Below are positions 1 to 9,186 of a stretch of DNA of 44,526 nucleotides, in pieces; the first letter of the stretch is position 1, and each line of letters begins with the position of its first letter. The translations under genes and the position numbers were made by a program. The notes below the pieces were generated by a model. That model was not told where the DNA came from. It searched no databases and saw nothing but the letters and a program-made list of their open reading frames with translations. Source of the DNA: Gammaproteobacteria bacterium. GTDB taxonomy: Bacteria > Pseudomonadota > Gammaproteobacteria > GCA-001735895. The stretch is from assembly GCA_052030825.1 (NCBI GenBank), contig JBPEYE010000295.1, positions 1-44,526 of the forward strand, in the 5' to 3' direction.

Positions 1-161
1 ACTCGCACTGGGCGCGGAAAAGCATCGCCTATGGCTTCCTGCCGGTCGAACTGATCGAGGAGGGGCGAAGCGTCGAGATCGAGATCCTCGGCGAGATGGT
101 GCCGGCGCGGCTTTATACCGAGCCATTATTAGACCCGAAGAACGAGTATTTACGGGGCTAG
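1..161 (+). CDS. 3' fragment of GcvT-family aminomethyltransferase / dimethylglycine-dehydrogenase-like protein (partial, begins before window)
   Basis: Frame 3 reads SHWARKSIAYGFLPVELIEEGRSVEIEILGEMVPARLYTEPLLDPKNEYLRG* (TAG 159-161), a typical GcvT C-terminal barrel ending. Not in the ORF track. Confidence 0.85.
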   Translation, partial: SHWARKSIAYGFLPVELIEEGRSVEIEILGEMVPARLYTEPLLDPKNEYLRG

Positions 162-179
162 TGATCGGCGTAGTAGGAG

Positions 180-481
180 GATGGCTGGCGGCAGTACACG
201 GGGACAGAGCAAAAATTGCTTTGCGTTGGTGGCGGACCGCAGGATCGGGATGCAATTTTTGGTCTGTCCCCGATCTTGCACGAACGAGCAGGCGGCACCT
301 CGTCGTTCTTGCAAGGCGAGACGAGACCGAATTCCACGTCCGCCCGATCCCGGTCGAAGTGCTCGGAGCCATGCTCGCGCAAAATCGGGGACAGACCAGA
401 ATTTCCGTCCGAGCTATCGAAACTTGCCCGATCGCAAAGCGGAAATTCTGCTCTGTCCCCCTCGACCTGCCGCCAGCCATC
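180..481. repeat. Nested inverted repeat: two ~105-bp REP-like units in inverted orientation, each with an internal GGGGACAGA(G/C)C...G(G/C)TCTGTCCCC hairpin
   Basis: Perfect 15-bp outer IR GATGGCTGGCGGCAG (180-194) / CTGCCGCCAGCCATC (467-481). Hairpins 199-219/252-272 and 387-407/440-460 are each 21 bp with one mismatch and a 32-nt loop. Inner arms 260-283/375-398 are 22/24 complementary. Confidence 0.85.
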
Positions 482-580
482 ACGCTATTTCTCCGACCCG
501 AGGTACTGCAATAGCGATGGAGTTCGCGCGCGCCGCCGATTACCATACGGGCGCAGAAACCGGGGGGGGAATTCGACAAG

Positions 581-1507
581 ATGGCATCCGGGTCTAAACT
601 CGTCATCTACGCCGCGCTCGTCGGCAACGGCCTGATCGCGATTACCAAGTTCATTGCCGCCGGCATTACCGGGAGTTCGGCGATGCTGTCGGAGGGTATT
701 CACTCGCTGGTCGACACCGGCAATCAGGTACTGCTGCTGTACGGGCTCAAACGCGGGGAGCGCCCGCCGGACGAGGATTTTCCGTATGGCTACGGCAAGG
801 AGGTTTATTTCTGGTGCTTCGTCGTCGCGATCCTGATCTTTGCGCTCGGCGGCGGCATCTCGATCTACGAAGGCATCGGTCACATCCGCGAGCCCGAGGC
901 GATTCGCAGCCCGATGATCAGTTACGTCGTGCTCGGCCTGGCGATGATCTTCGAGGGCGTGGCGTGGTATATCGCCTATCGTGAATTCAATCGCGTGCGC
1001 GGCGGGCTCGGGTTCGTCGAGGCGATCCGCCACGCCAAGGACCCGTCGATCTTCGTCGTGCTGTTCGAGGACAGCGCAGCGATGCTCGGACTGATCGTCG
1101 CCTTCGTCGGCATCTGGCTCACCCAGGCGACGGGTATCCTCTATTTCGACGGCATCGCCTCGGTGCTCATCGGCCTGATTCTGTTCGGCACTGCGGTCTG
1201 GCTCGCCTTCGAAACCAAGGGCCTGTTGATTGGCGAAGCCGCCAACCGCGCGGTCGTCCGCGGCATCCGCGACATCCTGAGCGCGCGGCCGGACATTCCG
1301 CACATCAACGAAATCCTGACGATGCACATGGGGCCGGATTTCATCCTCGCCAATATCAGCGTGAATTTCGACGAGACGATCAGCGCGCAGCAGCTGCAGG
1401 ACGAGGTCGCCGCGGTCGACGCCGCGATCAAGCAGAAATACCCGCAGATCAAGCGCGTTTTCATCGAGGCGGAAAAGCGCTCGCATACCCACCCGCATCA
1501 GTCCTGA
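581..1507 (+). CDS. Cation diffusion facilitator (CDF) family transporter
   Basis: KFIAAGITGSSAMLSEGIHSLVD motif, FPYGYGKE motif, multiple TM helices, C-terminal dimerisation domain, short His-rich tail. Confidence 0.92.
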   Translation: MASGSKLVIYAALVGNGLIAITKFIAAGITGSSAMLSEGIHSLVDTGNQVLLLYGLKRGERPPDEDFPYGYGKEVYFWCFVVAILIFALGGGISIYEGIGHIREPEAIRSPMISYVVLGLAMIFEGVAWYIAYREFNRVRGGLGFVEAIRHAKDPSIFVVLFEDSAAMLGLIVAFVGIWLTQATGILYFDGIASVLIGLILFGTAVWLAFETKGLLIGEAANRAVVRGIRDILSARPDIPHINEILTMHMGPDFILANISVNFDETISAQQLQDEVAAVDAAIKQKYPQIKRVFIEAEKRSHTHPHQS

Positions 1508-1600
1508 CGCGACGGCGCGGGCGCGATCGGGCAGCTAAACGCCGATCCGGCTCGGGCTGGAGGTTTGCGGCCCGACTGAATCTGGCCGCGGCGTGTCGCT

Positions 1601-1903
1601 TTACTCGTGACGCTCGACGAAATCCTCGAGCTTTTGCGCGAGGATGTCCCAGATCGCCATCGGCCCGGCCGACCGGATCGTCTCCTCGCGCCAGTTGCTC
1701 GCCGGCAGCGACTTGAGCGCCTCGGCTTTCTGCTTGAGTTCGCCGCGTTTTTCGTCGATATCCTTCAGTTCGGCGCGTACCTCGTGGTCGTCTTCGAGGT
1801 GATCGGTCGCCTCGTGGGCGCGCGCGTAGAGCTCGTCGATGTGCTTGAGCCGGGATTCGTACTCGCGAATATGCTGCTCGATCAACTGTTCTTTGGTGGT
1901 CAT
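1601..1903 (-). CDS. Hypothetical 100-aa charged, helical/coiled-coil protein
   Basis: ATG at 1903 preceded by a GGAGA RBS; MTTKEQLIEQHIREYESRLKHIDEL...; protein-like composition. Start trimmed from ORF 1601..2023. Confidence 0.75.
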   Translation of the reverse strand: MTTKEQLIEQHIREYESRLKHIDELYARAHEATDHLEDDHEVRAELKDIDEKRGELKQKAEALKSLPASNWREETIRSAGPMAIWDILAQKLEDFVERHE

Positions 1904-1958
1904 TTCTACGTCTCTCCGGCTGTTTGATTCCAGATTAAACCTATTTATATCCCGATGC

Positions 1959-1972
1959 CTGATCGATATCAA
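1959..1972. promoter_or_regulatory. FNR/ANR-like box
   Basis: CTGAT-CGAT-ATCAA, 9/10 match to TTGAT-N4-ATCAA, in the AT-rich divergent region between the hypothetical gene and ccmA. Confidence 0.6.
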
Positions 1973-2037
1973 AAAAATCGGTTGATCGCTCCGGGGCACC
2001 CCGCTAACCTTCGGCCACCTCAATTCGCCCGGTCCGC

Positions 2038-2670
2038 ATGTCCCGTCCCGCGCTCCTCGAAACCCGCGATCTGCGTTGCATTCGCAACGACCGCCTGCTG
2101 TTCGAGGGTCTCGACCTGCGACTCGAGGCCGGCGACATGCTGGTGGTGGAGGGACCCAACGGCAGCGGCAAAACCAGCCTGCTGCGCATCCTGACCGGTT
2201 TGCGCCTCGCCGACGGCGGCGAAGTGCGCTGGCGCGGCGATGCGATCGACCGCCTCGCCGGCGATTACTACGAGCAGGTCAGTTACGTCGGCCACCACGA
2301 TGGCGTCAAGCTGGAGCTATCGTGTCTCGAGAATCTGCGCCTCGCGCGGGCCATGGGCGTTCCGGTCGCCGCCAATCTCGACGACGTGCTCGAGCGGGTC
2401 GGACTGTCCGCCTACGGTGAAACCGAGGTCGCGAATCTGTCCGCCGGGCAGCGCCGCCGGCTGGCGCTCGCGCGCTTGCTCGCGACCGAGTCGTTGCTGT
2501 GGATTCTCGACGAACCTTTTACGTCGCTCGATCGCGCCAGCATGGGCGAATTCACGCGACACTTCGAAAATCATCTTGCGCAGGGCGGCCTGATCGTCGT
2601 CACCTCGCATCATGCCATCGAGCTGGCGTCGGCGCAGGTGCAGCGCCTTGCGCTCGGGGCGGTCGCATGA
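2038..2670 (+). CDS. ccmA: Heme export ABC transporter ATPase CcmA
   Basis: Walker A GPNGSGKT, LSAGQRRR signature, WILDEPF; first gene of the ccm operon. Confidence 0.95.
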   Translation: MSRPALLETRDLRCIRNDRLLFEGLDLRLEAGDMLVVEGPNGSGKTSLLRILTGLRLADGGEVRWRGDAIDRLAGDYYEQVSYVGHHDGVKLELSCLENLRLARAMGVPVAANLDDVLERVGLSAYGETEVANLSAGQRRRLALARLLATESLLWILDEPFTSLDRASMGEFTRHFENHLAQGGLIVVTSHHAIELASAQVQRLALGAVA

Positions 2671-3353
2671 GCGGGCGATTGTCGCTTTGGCAGGCTTACG
2701 TCTTCCTGCTGCGCCGCGATCTGCTGCTGGCGCTGCGCAATCGCGCCGAGTATGCGATGCCGTTGCTGTTTTTCGTGCTCGTCGTGACGCTGTTTCCGCT
2801 CGCGCTCGGGGCGCTGCCCGAGTTGCTCGCGCGGATCGCGCCCGGCATCGTCTGGGTCGGTGCCTTGCTCGCCGCGATGCTGTCGCTGCCGAGCATCTTT
2901 CGCTCCGATTTCGACGACGGCTCGCTCGAGCAAATCCTGTTGTCGGCGCATCCGGTTGCGGTGCTGGTGCTGGCCAAGGTCTGCGCACACTGGCTCGTGA
3001 CCGGCCTGCCGCTGCTGCTGGTGGCACCGCTGCTGGCCGAAATGCTGGGCCTGCCGGCGACGGCACAGCCGATGTTGCTGTTGACGATTCTGCTCGGCAC
3101 CCCCACCTTGAGCCTGGTCGGCGCAATTGGCGTCGCGTTGACCGTCGGATTGCGAAAAGGTGGTATAATTTTGGCTTTGCTGGTGCTACCGCTGTATGTG
3201 CCGGTGTTGATTTTCGCCGCCAGCGCGATCGACAACGCCGCGATGGGAATGGACGTCTCGATGCAAATATACATGTTGCTGGCATTCCTGCTGCTATCGC
3301 TTTCGCTGTCGCCCTGGGCCACGGCGGCAGCGCTGCGAATGTCGGCCGGTTGA
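2667..3353 (+). CDS. ccmB: Heme exporter permease CcmB
   Basis: ATGA overlap with ccmA; FRSDFDDGSLEQ and LVLPLYVPVLIF motifs; hydrophobic. Confidence 0.95.
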   Translation: MSGRLSLWQAYVFLLRRDLLLALRNRAEYAMPLLFFVLVVTLFPLALGALPELLARIAPGIVWVGALLAAMLSLPSIFRSDFDDGSLEQILLSAHPVAVLVLAKVCAHWLVTGLPLLLVAPLLAEMLGLPATAQPMLLLTILLGTPTLSLVGAIGVALTVGLRKGGIILALLVLPLYVPVLIFAASAIDNAAMGMDVSMQIYMLLAFLLLSLSLSPWATAAALRMSAG

Positions 3354-3359
3354 CAGACT

Positions 3360-4085
3360 ATGTTTCTTTGGTTTCACAAGCTCGGCTCGCCGCCGCACTT
3401 CTACCGCATCGCGGGCCAATGGATCCCGTGGCTGGGCGGGCTGTTTTTGTTGCTGCTGGCGGCCGGGCTCTACGGCGGGCTGATTCTCGCGCCGCCCGAT
3501 TACCAGCAGGGCGAGAGCTATCGCATCATCTTCGTGCACGTGCCGTCGGCGTGGATGTCGCTGTTCATCTACGTCGTGATGGCGGTCTGCGGCGTTGTCG
3601 TCATCGTCTGGCGAATGAAACTGGCCGAGGTCGTGCTGGTGTCGAGCGCACCGATCGGCGCGAGCTTCACCTTCCTCGCGCTGATCACCGGTTCGCTGTG
3701 GGGCAAGCCGATGTGGGGTACCTACTGGGTCTGGGACGCGCGCCTGACCTCGGAATTGATCCTGCTGTTTCTGTATTTCGGCGTGATCGGTCTCAATAAC
3801 GCGATCGAGGATCGACGCGTCGCGGCGCGCGCGGTATCGATTCTGGCGCTGGTCGGCGTCGTCAACGTGCCGATCATCCACTACTCGGTCGAGTGGTGGC
3901 ATTCGCTGCACCAGCCGGCGTCGCTGACCCGATTCGACAAGCCGTCGATGCCGCCGAGCATGTACCTGCCGATCCTGATCATGGCGCTGGCATTCCAGGT
4001 CTACTATGTTCTTGCACTGTTCGAGAAATGCCGCGTCGAGTTGTTGCGCCGCGAGCGCAACAGCAAGTGGGTCGAGGAACTTTAA
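3360..4085 (+). CDS. ccmC: Heme chaperone-loading protein CcmC
   Basis: WWD-domain motif WGKPMWGTYWVWDARLT, with HVP and LHQ histidines. Confidence 0.96.
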   Translation: MFLWFHKLGSPPHFYRIAGQWIPWLGGLFLLLLAAGLYGGLILAPPDYQQGESYRIIFVHVPSAWMSLFIYVVMAVCGVVVIVWRMKLAEVVLVSSAPIGASFTFLALITGSLWGKPMWGTYWVWDARLTSELILLFLYFGVIGLNNAIEDRRVAARAVSILALVGVVNVPIIHYSVEWWHSLHQPASLTRFDKPSMPPSMYLPILIMALAFQVYYVLALFEKCRVELLRRERNSKWVEEL

Positions 4086-4244
4086 ATGGCCGAATTTTTC
4101 CAAATGGGGGGCTACGCCCAGTTCGTATGGCCGAGCTACGCGATCGTCGCGGTGGTGCTGTGGCTGAACTGGTATTTGCCGCGCAGGCAGCATCGTAAGG
4201 AACTGCGATTGCTCGAACGGCGGCGCAAGGTGGAAGGCAAATGA
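4086..4244 (+). CDS. ccmD: Heme exporter protein CcmD (52 aa)
   Basis: Read directly: MAEFFQMGGYAQFVWPSYAIVAVVLWLNWYLPRRQHRKELRLLERRRKVEGK*. MGGY..FVW.SY motif, located between ccmC and ccmE; too short for the ORF track. Confidence 0.92.
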   Translation: MAEFFQMGGYAQFVWPSYAIVAVVLWLNWYLPRRQHRKELRLLERRRKVEGK

Positions 4245-4675
4245 CACCCGCACGCAAGAAACGACTCGCATTGATCGCGCTGATGGTGACCGGCGTCGCC
4301 GTCGGCGTCGGGTTTGCGCTCAAGGCGCTGAACCAGAACATCATGTTTTTCCTGACGCCGAGCGAAGTGCTCGCCGGTAACGCGCCGCGCGACCGGCTGT
4401 TCCGGGTCGGCGGCATGGTCGTCGAGGGCAGTGTCAGCCGTCCCGGCGACGGCCTGACCGTGCAGTTCGATCTGACCGACAACGAGCGCCAGGTCACGGT
4501 GCGTTATGCCGGCATCCTGCCCGACCTGTTCCGTGAAGGGCAGGGCATCATCGCCAACGGCCGCCTCAACGAGCGCGGCGAGTTCATCGCCGACGAAGTG
4601 CTCGCCAAGCACGACGAAAATTACATGCCGCCGGAACTCGCCGACATGCACGAAAACCGGGGGAGCGCGCAATGA
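4241..4675 (+). CDS. ccmE: Heme chaperone CcmE
   Basis: LPDLFREGQG and LAKHDENY heme-binding motifs. Confidence 0.96.
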   Translation: MTPARKKRLALIALMVTGVAVGVGFALKALNQNIMFFLTPSEVLAGNAPRDRLFRVGGMVVEGSVSRPGDGLTVQFDLTDNERQVTVRYAGILPDLFREGQGIIANGRLNERGEFIADEVLAKHDENYMPPELADMHENRGSAQ

Positions 4676-6645
4676 TCCCCGAGATCGGTCATTTTGCGCT
4701 GATCATCGCGCTGTGCGTCGCGCTGACCCAGGCGCTGGTGCCGCTGGCCGGCGCCACGCTCGGCGTGCCGCGCTGGATCGCGGTCGCGCGGCCGGCGGCG
4801 CTGGCGCAGTTACTGTTCGTCGGCGTCGCCTATGGCTGCCTGACCTGGGCCTTTGTTCATCACGACTTCTCGGTGCTCTACGTCGCGCGCAATTCGAACA
4901 GCGAGTTACCGCTGATCTACCGGATTTCCGGCGTCTGGGGTTCGCACGAGGGTTCGCTGCTGCTGTGGGCGCTGGTGCTGGCGCTGTGGACCGGCGCGGT
5001 TGCGCTGTTCACGCCGAGCGTACCGCGAGCGATGCGCGCGCGCGTGCTCGCGGTGCTGGGCTTCGTCAGCGTCGGTTTCCTGCTGTTCATCGTCCTGACG
5101 TCGAACCCGTTCATGCGACTGCTGCCGGCGGCGGCCGAGGGCAGCGATCTCAATCCGTTATTGCAGGATATCGGCCTCGCGATCCACCCGCCGATGCTGT
5201 ACATCGGCTACGTCGGTTTCGCGGTCGCCTTCGCGTTTTCGATTGCGGCGCTGATCTCGGGCCAGGTCGATTCGGCCTGGGCGCGCTGGTCGCGACCGTG
5301 GACCAACGTCGCCTGGCTGTTCCTGACGCTGGGCATCGCGCTCGGCAGCTGGTGGGCCTACTACGAACTCGGCTGGGGCGGCTGGTGGTTCTGGGACCCG
5401 GTCGAGAACGCGTCGTTCATGCCGTGGCTGATCGGCACCGCGCTGATGCACTCGCTGGCGATGACCGAAAAACGCGGCACCTTCAAGGCGTGGACCGCGC
5501 TGCTCGCGATCTTTACCTTCTCGCTGTCGCTGCTCGGCACCTTCCTGGTGCGCTCGGGCGTGCTGACCTCGGTGCATGCCTTTGCCAGTGACCCGGCGCG
5601 CGGCGTCTTCATCCTGGCCTTCCTCGGCGTCGTCGTCGGCGGCTCGCTGGCGCTCTACGCGTGGCGCGCGCCGCAGCTCAAGAGCGCGGCGAAAACCGAG
5701 TTGCTGTCGCGTGACGGCATGCTGTTGCTGAACAACGTCTTTCTCGCGATCGTCACCGCGGCAATTTTGCTCGGTACGCTCTATCCGATCGCGATCGACG
5801 CCCTCGGCGGCAAGATATCGGTCGGCCCGCCATACTTTAACCTGATGTTCATTTCGCTGACCGCGCCGCTGGCGGCGCTGATCGGGGTCGGCATGCTGAT
5901 TCGCTGGAAGCACGACCGTCTCGCGCGGCTCGGCAAGTTGCTGTGGGCGCCGGCGCTCGGCGCGATTGTCATCGCGCTGCTGCTGTCGCTGGCCTTGCCG
6001 CGCTGGCTGTTCGCCGCGTTCGCCGGGCTCGCGCTGGCACTGTGGATCGCGTTCACCGCGGGACTCGCAATCCGCGAGCGTCTGCGCCACCGTTCGCTCG
6101 CGTCGGCCTTGCGCACGACACCGGGCGGCTTCTACGGCATGCTGCTCGGCCATCTCGGCATCGCCGTGTTCATCGTCGGCGTCACCCTGACGAGTCTTTA
6201 CACGGTCGAGAAAGACCTGCGCATGGCGCCGGGCGATACCTACACGGTCGAAGGTTACGCGTTCACGTTTCACGGCGTGCGCCGTTTCGACGTCGCCAAC
6301 TACACCGCCACCCGCGGCGGCTTCAGCGTGCGCGAAGCCGATTCCGATTACCGCGTCGACCTGTTCCCGGAAAAACGTGTTTACCGCGTCCAGCAATCGC
6401 CGATGACGGAGGCGGCGATCGATGCCGGATTCACCCGCGACCTGTTCATCGCGCTCGGCGAGCCGCTCGGCGACGACGGCGCCTGGGCGGTACGCGTCTA
6501 TTACAAACCGTTTATCCGCTGGATCTGGCTCGGTGCGATCATCATGGCAATCGGCGGGCTGTGCGCGGCGACCGACCGGCGTTACCGGCGGCTCGCGCAA
6601 AACGCGCTGCGCGGCGACGCCGCCGCCGGGGAGCGTGCCACGTGA
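4672..6645 (+). CDS. ccmF: Heme lyase CcmF
   Basis: WGGWWFWDPVENAS motif, HPP, SVHAFA; 657-aa polytopic membrane protein. Confidence 0.97.
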   Translation: MIPEIGHFALIIALCVALTQALVPLAGATLGVPRWIAVARPAALAQLLFVGVAYGCLTWAFVHHDFSVLYVARNSNSELPLIYRISGVWGSHEGSLLLWALVLALWTGAVALFTPSVPRAMRARVLAVLGFVSVGFLLFIVLTSNPFMRLLPAAAEGSDLNPLLQDIGLAIHPPMLYIGYVGFAVAFAFSIAALISGQVDSAWARWSRPWTNVAWLFLTLGIALGSWWAYYELGWGGWWFWDPVENASFMPWLIGTALMHSLAMTEKRGTFKAWTALLAIFTFSLSLLGTFLVRSGVLTSVHAFASDPARGVFILAFLGVVVGGSLALYAWRAPQLKSAAKTELLSRDGMLLLNNVFLAIVTAAILLGTLYPIAIDALGGKISVGPPYFNLMFISLTAPLAALIGVGMLIRWKHDRLARLGKLLWAPALGAIVIALLLSLALPRWLFAAFAGLALALWIAFTAGLAIRERLRHRSLASALRTTPGGFYGMLLGHLGIAVFIVGVTLTSLYTVEKDLRMAPGDTYTVEGYAFTFHGVRRFDVANYTATRGGFSVREADSDYRVDLFPEKRVYRVQQSPMTEAAIDAGFTRDLFIALGEPLGDDGAWAVRVYYKPFIRWIWLGAIIMAIGGLCAATDRRYRRLAQNALRGDAAAGERAT

Positions 6646-7166
6646 ATCGCTCGGTTTTCCCGCTGGCGATCTTCATCCTGCTGGTCGGCCTGCTCGGCTA
6701 CGGGCTCAGCCTCGATCCGAAGAAGGTACCGTCGCCGTTGATCGACAAACCGGCGCCCGATTTCAGCCTGGCGATGCTCGAGGACCCGTCGCGCAAGCTT
6801 TCTCCGGCCGACCTCCGTGGCCAGGTCTGGGTGCTCAACGTCTGGGCTTCGTGGTGCGTGTCGTGCCGTGCCGAGCACGAGGTCGTGACCGACCTCGCCC
6901 GACGCAACCTGGTGACCGTAGTCGGGCTCAACTACAAGGACCAGTCGGACGATGCGCGCCGCTGGCTCGACCAGTTCGGCAATCCCTACGCGACCAGCCT
7001 GGTCGACCTCGACGGCCGGGTCGGTATCGACTGGGGCGTCTACGGGGTGCCCGAAACTTTCGTCGTCGACGCCGATGGCAAGATCCGGTACAAGCACATC
7101 GGCCCGATGACGCGGGAGTCGCTGGAGCAAAAGGTCATGCCGGTGATCCGGGAGTTGCTGGGTTGA
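6642..7166 (+). CDS. ccmG: Thiol:disulfide interchange protein CcmG/DsbE
   Basis: GTG start overlapping the ccmF stop; WASWCVSC and GVYGVPETF motifs. Confidence 0.94.
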   Translation: MNRSVFPLAIFILLVGLLGYGLSLDPKKVPSPLIDKPAPDFSLAMLEDPSRKLSPADLRGQVWVLNVWASWCVSCRAEHEVVTDLARRNLVTVVGLNYKDQSDDARRWLDQFGNPYATSLVDLDGRVGIDWGVYGVPETFVVDADGKIRYKHIGPMTRESLEQKVMPVIRELLG

Positions 7167-7618
7167 AGGCCGGTTTGCTCGTCGCGCTGCTGTTGATCGG
7201 GTGGCCCGCGGCGGCCGCGATCGAGGCATACGAGTTCGCCGACGCGCGCCAGGAAGCCGATTTCAATCGCCTGGTGAAGGAATTGCGCTGCCTGGTCTGC
7301 CAGAACCAGAATCTGGCCGATTCCGACGCCGATCTCGCTCGCGATCTGCGGCATGAAACCTACGCCATGCTGCGCGCCGGCAAGTCCGCCGACGAGGTCA
7401 TCGAATTCATGGTTGCGCGCTACGGCGACTTCGTGCTCTACCGGCCGCAATTCCAGTCGAACACCTGGCTGCTGTGGCTCGGACCCTTTGCGCTGCTCGG
7501 CGTGGTCCTGGTGTTCGTCGTCCGCCGCCTGCGCGCGTCCGGCGACGCCGGCACGGTCGATCCGGCGCGGCTGGCCGAAGCCCGGCGCCTGCTCGGCGAC
7601 GACGAGCGCGACGCATGA
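7163..7618 (+). CDS. ccmH: Cytochrome c biogenesis protein CcmH
   Basis: TTG start overlapping the ccmG stop; signal peptide; LRCLVCQNQ and RYGDFVLYRP motifs. Confidence 0.93.
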   Translation: MKAGLLVALLLIGWPAAAAIEAYEFADARQEADFNRLVKELRCLVCQNQNLADSDADLARDLRHETYAMLRAGKSADEVIEFMVARYGDFVLYRPQFQSNTWLLWLGPFALLGVVLVFVVRRLRASGDAGTVDPARLAEARRLLGDDERDA

Positions 7619-8835
7619 GTTTCTGGCTGATCGCGGCCGGCCTGCTCGCGCTGGCCCTCGGCATCGTCGTCGTGCCGATGCTGCGCGCGTCCCGCGCGAG
7701 TGACGCCGATGCGCGCCGCGAACAGAATATCGCGATCGCGCGCGAGCAAAAGCAACAGCTCGATGCCCAGCTCGAGGCCGGTGAAATCGACGCTGCGGCG
7801 CACGCCGCCGCGCGCGCCGATCTCGAAACCGCGCTGGCGCTCGAGCTCGAAGCCGGTGAGCGCAGCGGCGAGAGCCGGCGCGGACGCTGGCTGGTGCCGG
7901 TGCTCGGTCTGGCCTTGCCGCTCGCAAGCGTATTGCTCTACCTCACCTACGGCGAGCTGCGCGTGATCGAGAATCCGTCGCTGGCCGCGGCGCGCGCGCC
8001 GGCGCCGGCCGCGCCGCAGATGACGCTCGACGAAATGCAGGCCGCGATCCGTGACAAGCTGCGGCAAAACCCGGAAGACGCCGAGGGCTGGTTCATGCTC
8101 GGGCGCGTACTGATGGCGAAGCAGGAATATGACAAGGCGGTCACCGCCTACCAGCGAACCTTCGATCTGACCGGCAACGAACCGGGCGTCATGTTCGCGC
8201 TGGCTGACGCGCTGGCGATGCAAAACGGCGGCCAGCTGCTCGGTGAGCCCGAAGAACTCGTCAGGCGGGGCCTCGAAATCGCGCCGCGCTTTCCCAACGG
8301 ATTGTGGCTCGCCGGCATGGCGGCCGAACAGCGTGGTGATTTCGCCGCCGCGCACGCCTACTGGTCGCAGTTACTGCCGCAGATCGAGGACAATCCGCAA
8401 TCGGCAAGCGAAATCCGGGAGCTGCTGGCGGTGCTCGAGGCGCGCGACCCGTCGCTGGCGCAGGCGGCGAAGTCGTCGGCCGCGGCTGCGGCAAGCCTGA
8501 AAGTGCAGGTCGATATCTCTGCCGAACTCAAGGCCAGGGCCAATGCCAGCGACGCGGTCTTCGTCTACGCCAAGGCGATGCAGGGCCCGCCGATGCCGCT
8601 GGCGGTCCGCCGGCTCAGGGTCGCCGACCTGCCGGTCTCGCTGACGCTGTCGGACAGCGATGCGATGATGCCGGCGCTGAAACTTTCGGCTTTCGACCAG
8701 GTCGTCGTCGGCGCCCGCGTGTCGCCGAGCGGCAACCCGGTTGCGCAGGCCGGCGACTTCTACACCGAACGCGACGGCATCAGCAGTGCCGATCCGCCGG
8801 CGCAGATCACGCTCGTGATCGACCGGGTCAAGTGA
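7615..8835 (+). CDS. ccmI: Cytochrome c biogenesis TPR protein CcmI/CycH
   Basis: ATGA overlap with ccmH; two TM helices, TPR region (PEDAEGWFMLGR), C-terminal GPPMPLAV domain. Confidence 0.92.
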   Translation: MSFWLIAAGLLALALGIVVVPMLRASRASDADARREQNIAIAREQKQQLDAQLEAGEIDAAAHAAARADLETALALELEAGERSGESRRGRWLVPVLGLALPLASVLLYLTYGELRVIENPSLAAARAPAPAAPQMTLDEMQAAIRDKLRQNPEDAEGWFMLGRVLMAKQEYDKAVTAYQRTFDLTGNEPGVMFALADALAMQNGGQLLGEPEELVRRGLEIAPRFPNGLWLAGMAAEQRGDFAAAHAYWSQLLPQIEDNPQSASEIRELLAVLEARDPSLAQAAKSSAAAAASLKVQVDISAELKARANASDAVFVYAKAMQGPPMPLAVRRLRVADLPVSLTLSDSDAMMPALKLSAFDQVVVGARVSPSGNPVAQAGDFYTERDGISSADPPAQITLVIDRVK

Positions 8836-9186
8836 TCAGCCGAAAACCTTCTTGATCTCGTCGAACGGCGCGGTAATCGCGTAAACGTTGCGATAGCCCA
8901 TCTGCTTGAGCGTGTGCGCCGACAGCGAGGCGCGGCCGCCGCCGCCGCAGTGAGTCAGGATCAACGCGTCTGGATGCGGGCACGCCTTGGGCATCTTCAT
9001 TTCGATCAGTCCGCGTGAAATATGAATCGAATCCTTGAGTTTCGACTCGGCGACGCTGTCGGCTTCGCGCACGTCGACGATCACCGCGTCGGGGCTTTCG
9101 TCGAACAGTCGCTTGGCCGTCGCCACGTCGACGCACTCGATGTGCTGCTGCGCCTCCCTGATCAGGTCATCCGCCGTTTTGAGCAT
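8836..9186 (-). CDS. Single-domain rhodanese / sulfurtransferase
   Basis: IVDVRE, ISRGLIE and active-site loop HCGGGGRA; start placed at MLKTADD. Confidence 0.88.
   Translation of the reverse strand: MLKTADDLIREAQQHIECVDVATAKRLFDESPDAVIVDVREADSVAESKLKDSIHISRGLIEMKMPKACPHPDALILTHCGGGGRASLSAHTLKQMGYRNVYAITAPFDEIKKVFG

Noticed and set aside
199-460. Repeat / 32-nt spacer pattern as a mini CRISPR array
   Set aside because: The repeats alternate in orientation rather than being direct, there are only four arms, the two loops are partly related, and no cas genes are present.
562-569. G8 run upstream of the CDF gene as a phase-variation tract
   Set aside because: Short, non-coding and near the ribosome-binding position; a single sequence gives no evidence of length variation.
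158-635. Short ORFs (158..382, 161..514, 181..597, 216..635) across the first intergenic region
   Set aside because: They run through the palindromic repeat in several frames, show no recognisable motifs and look like chance ORFs in GC-rich DNA.
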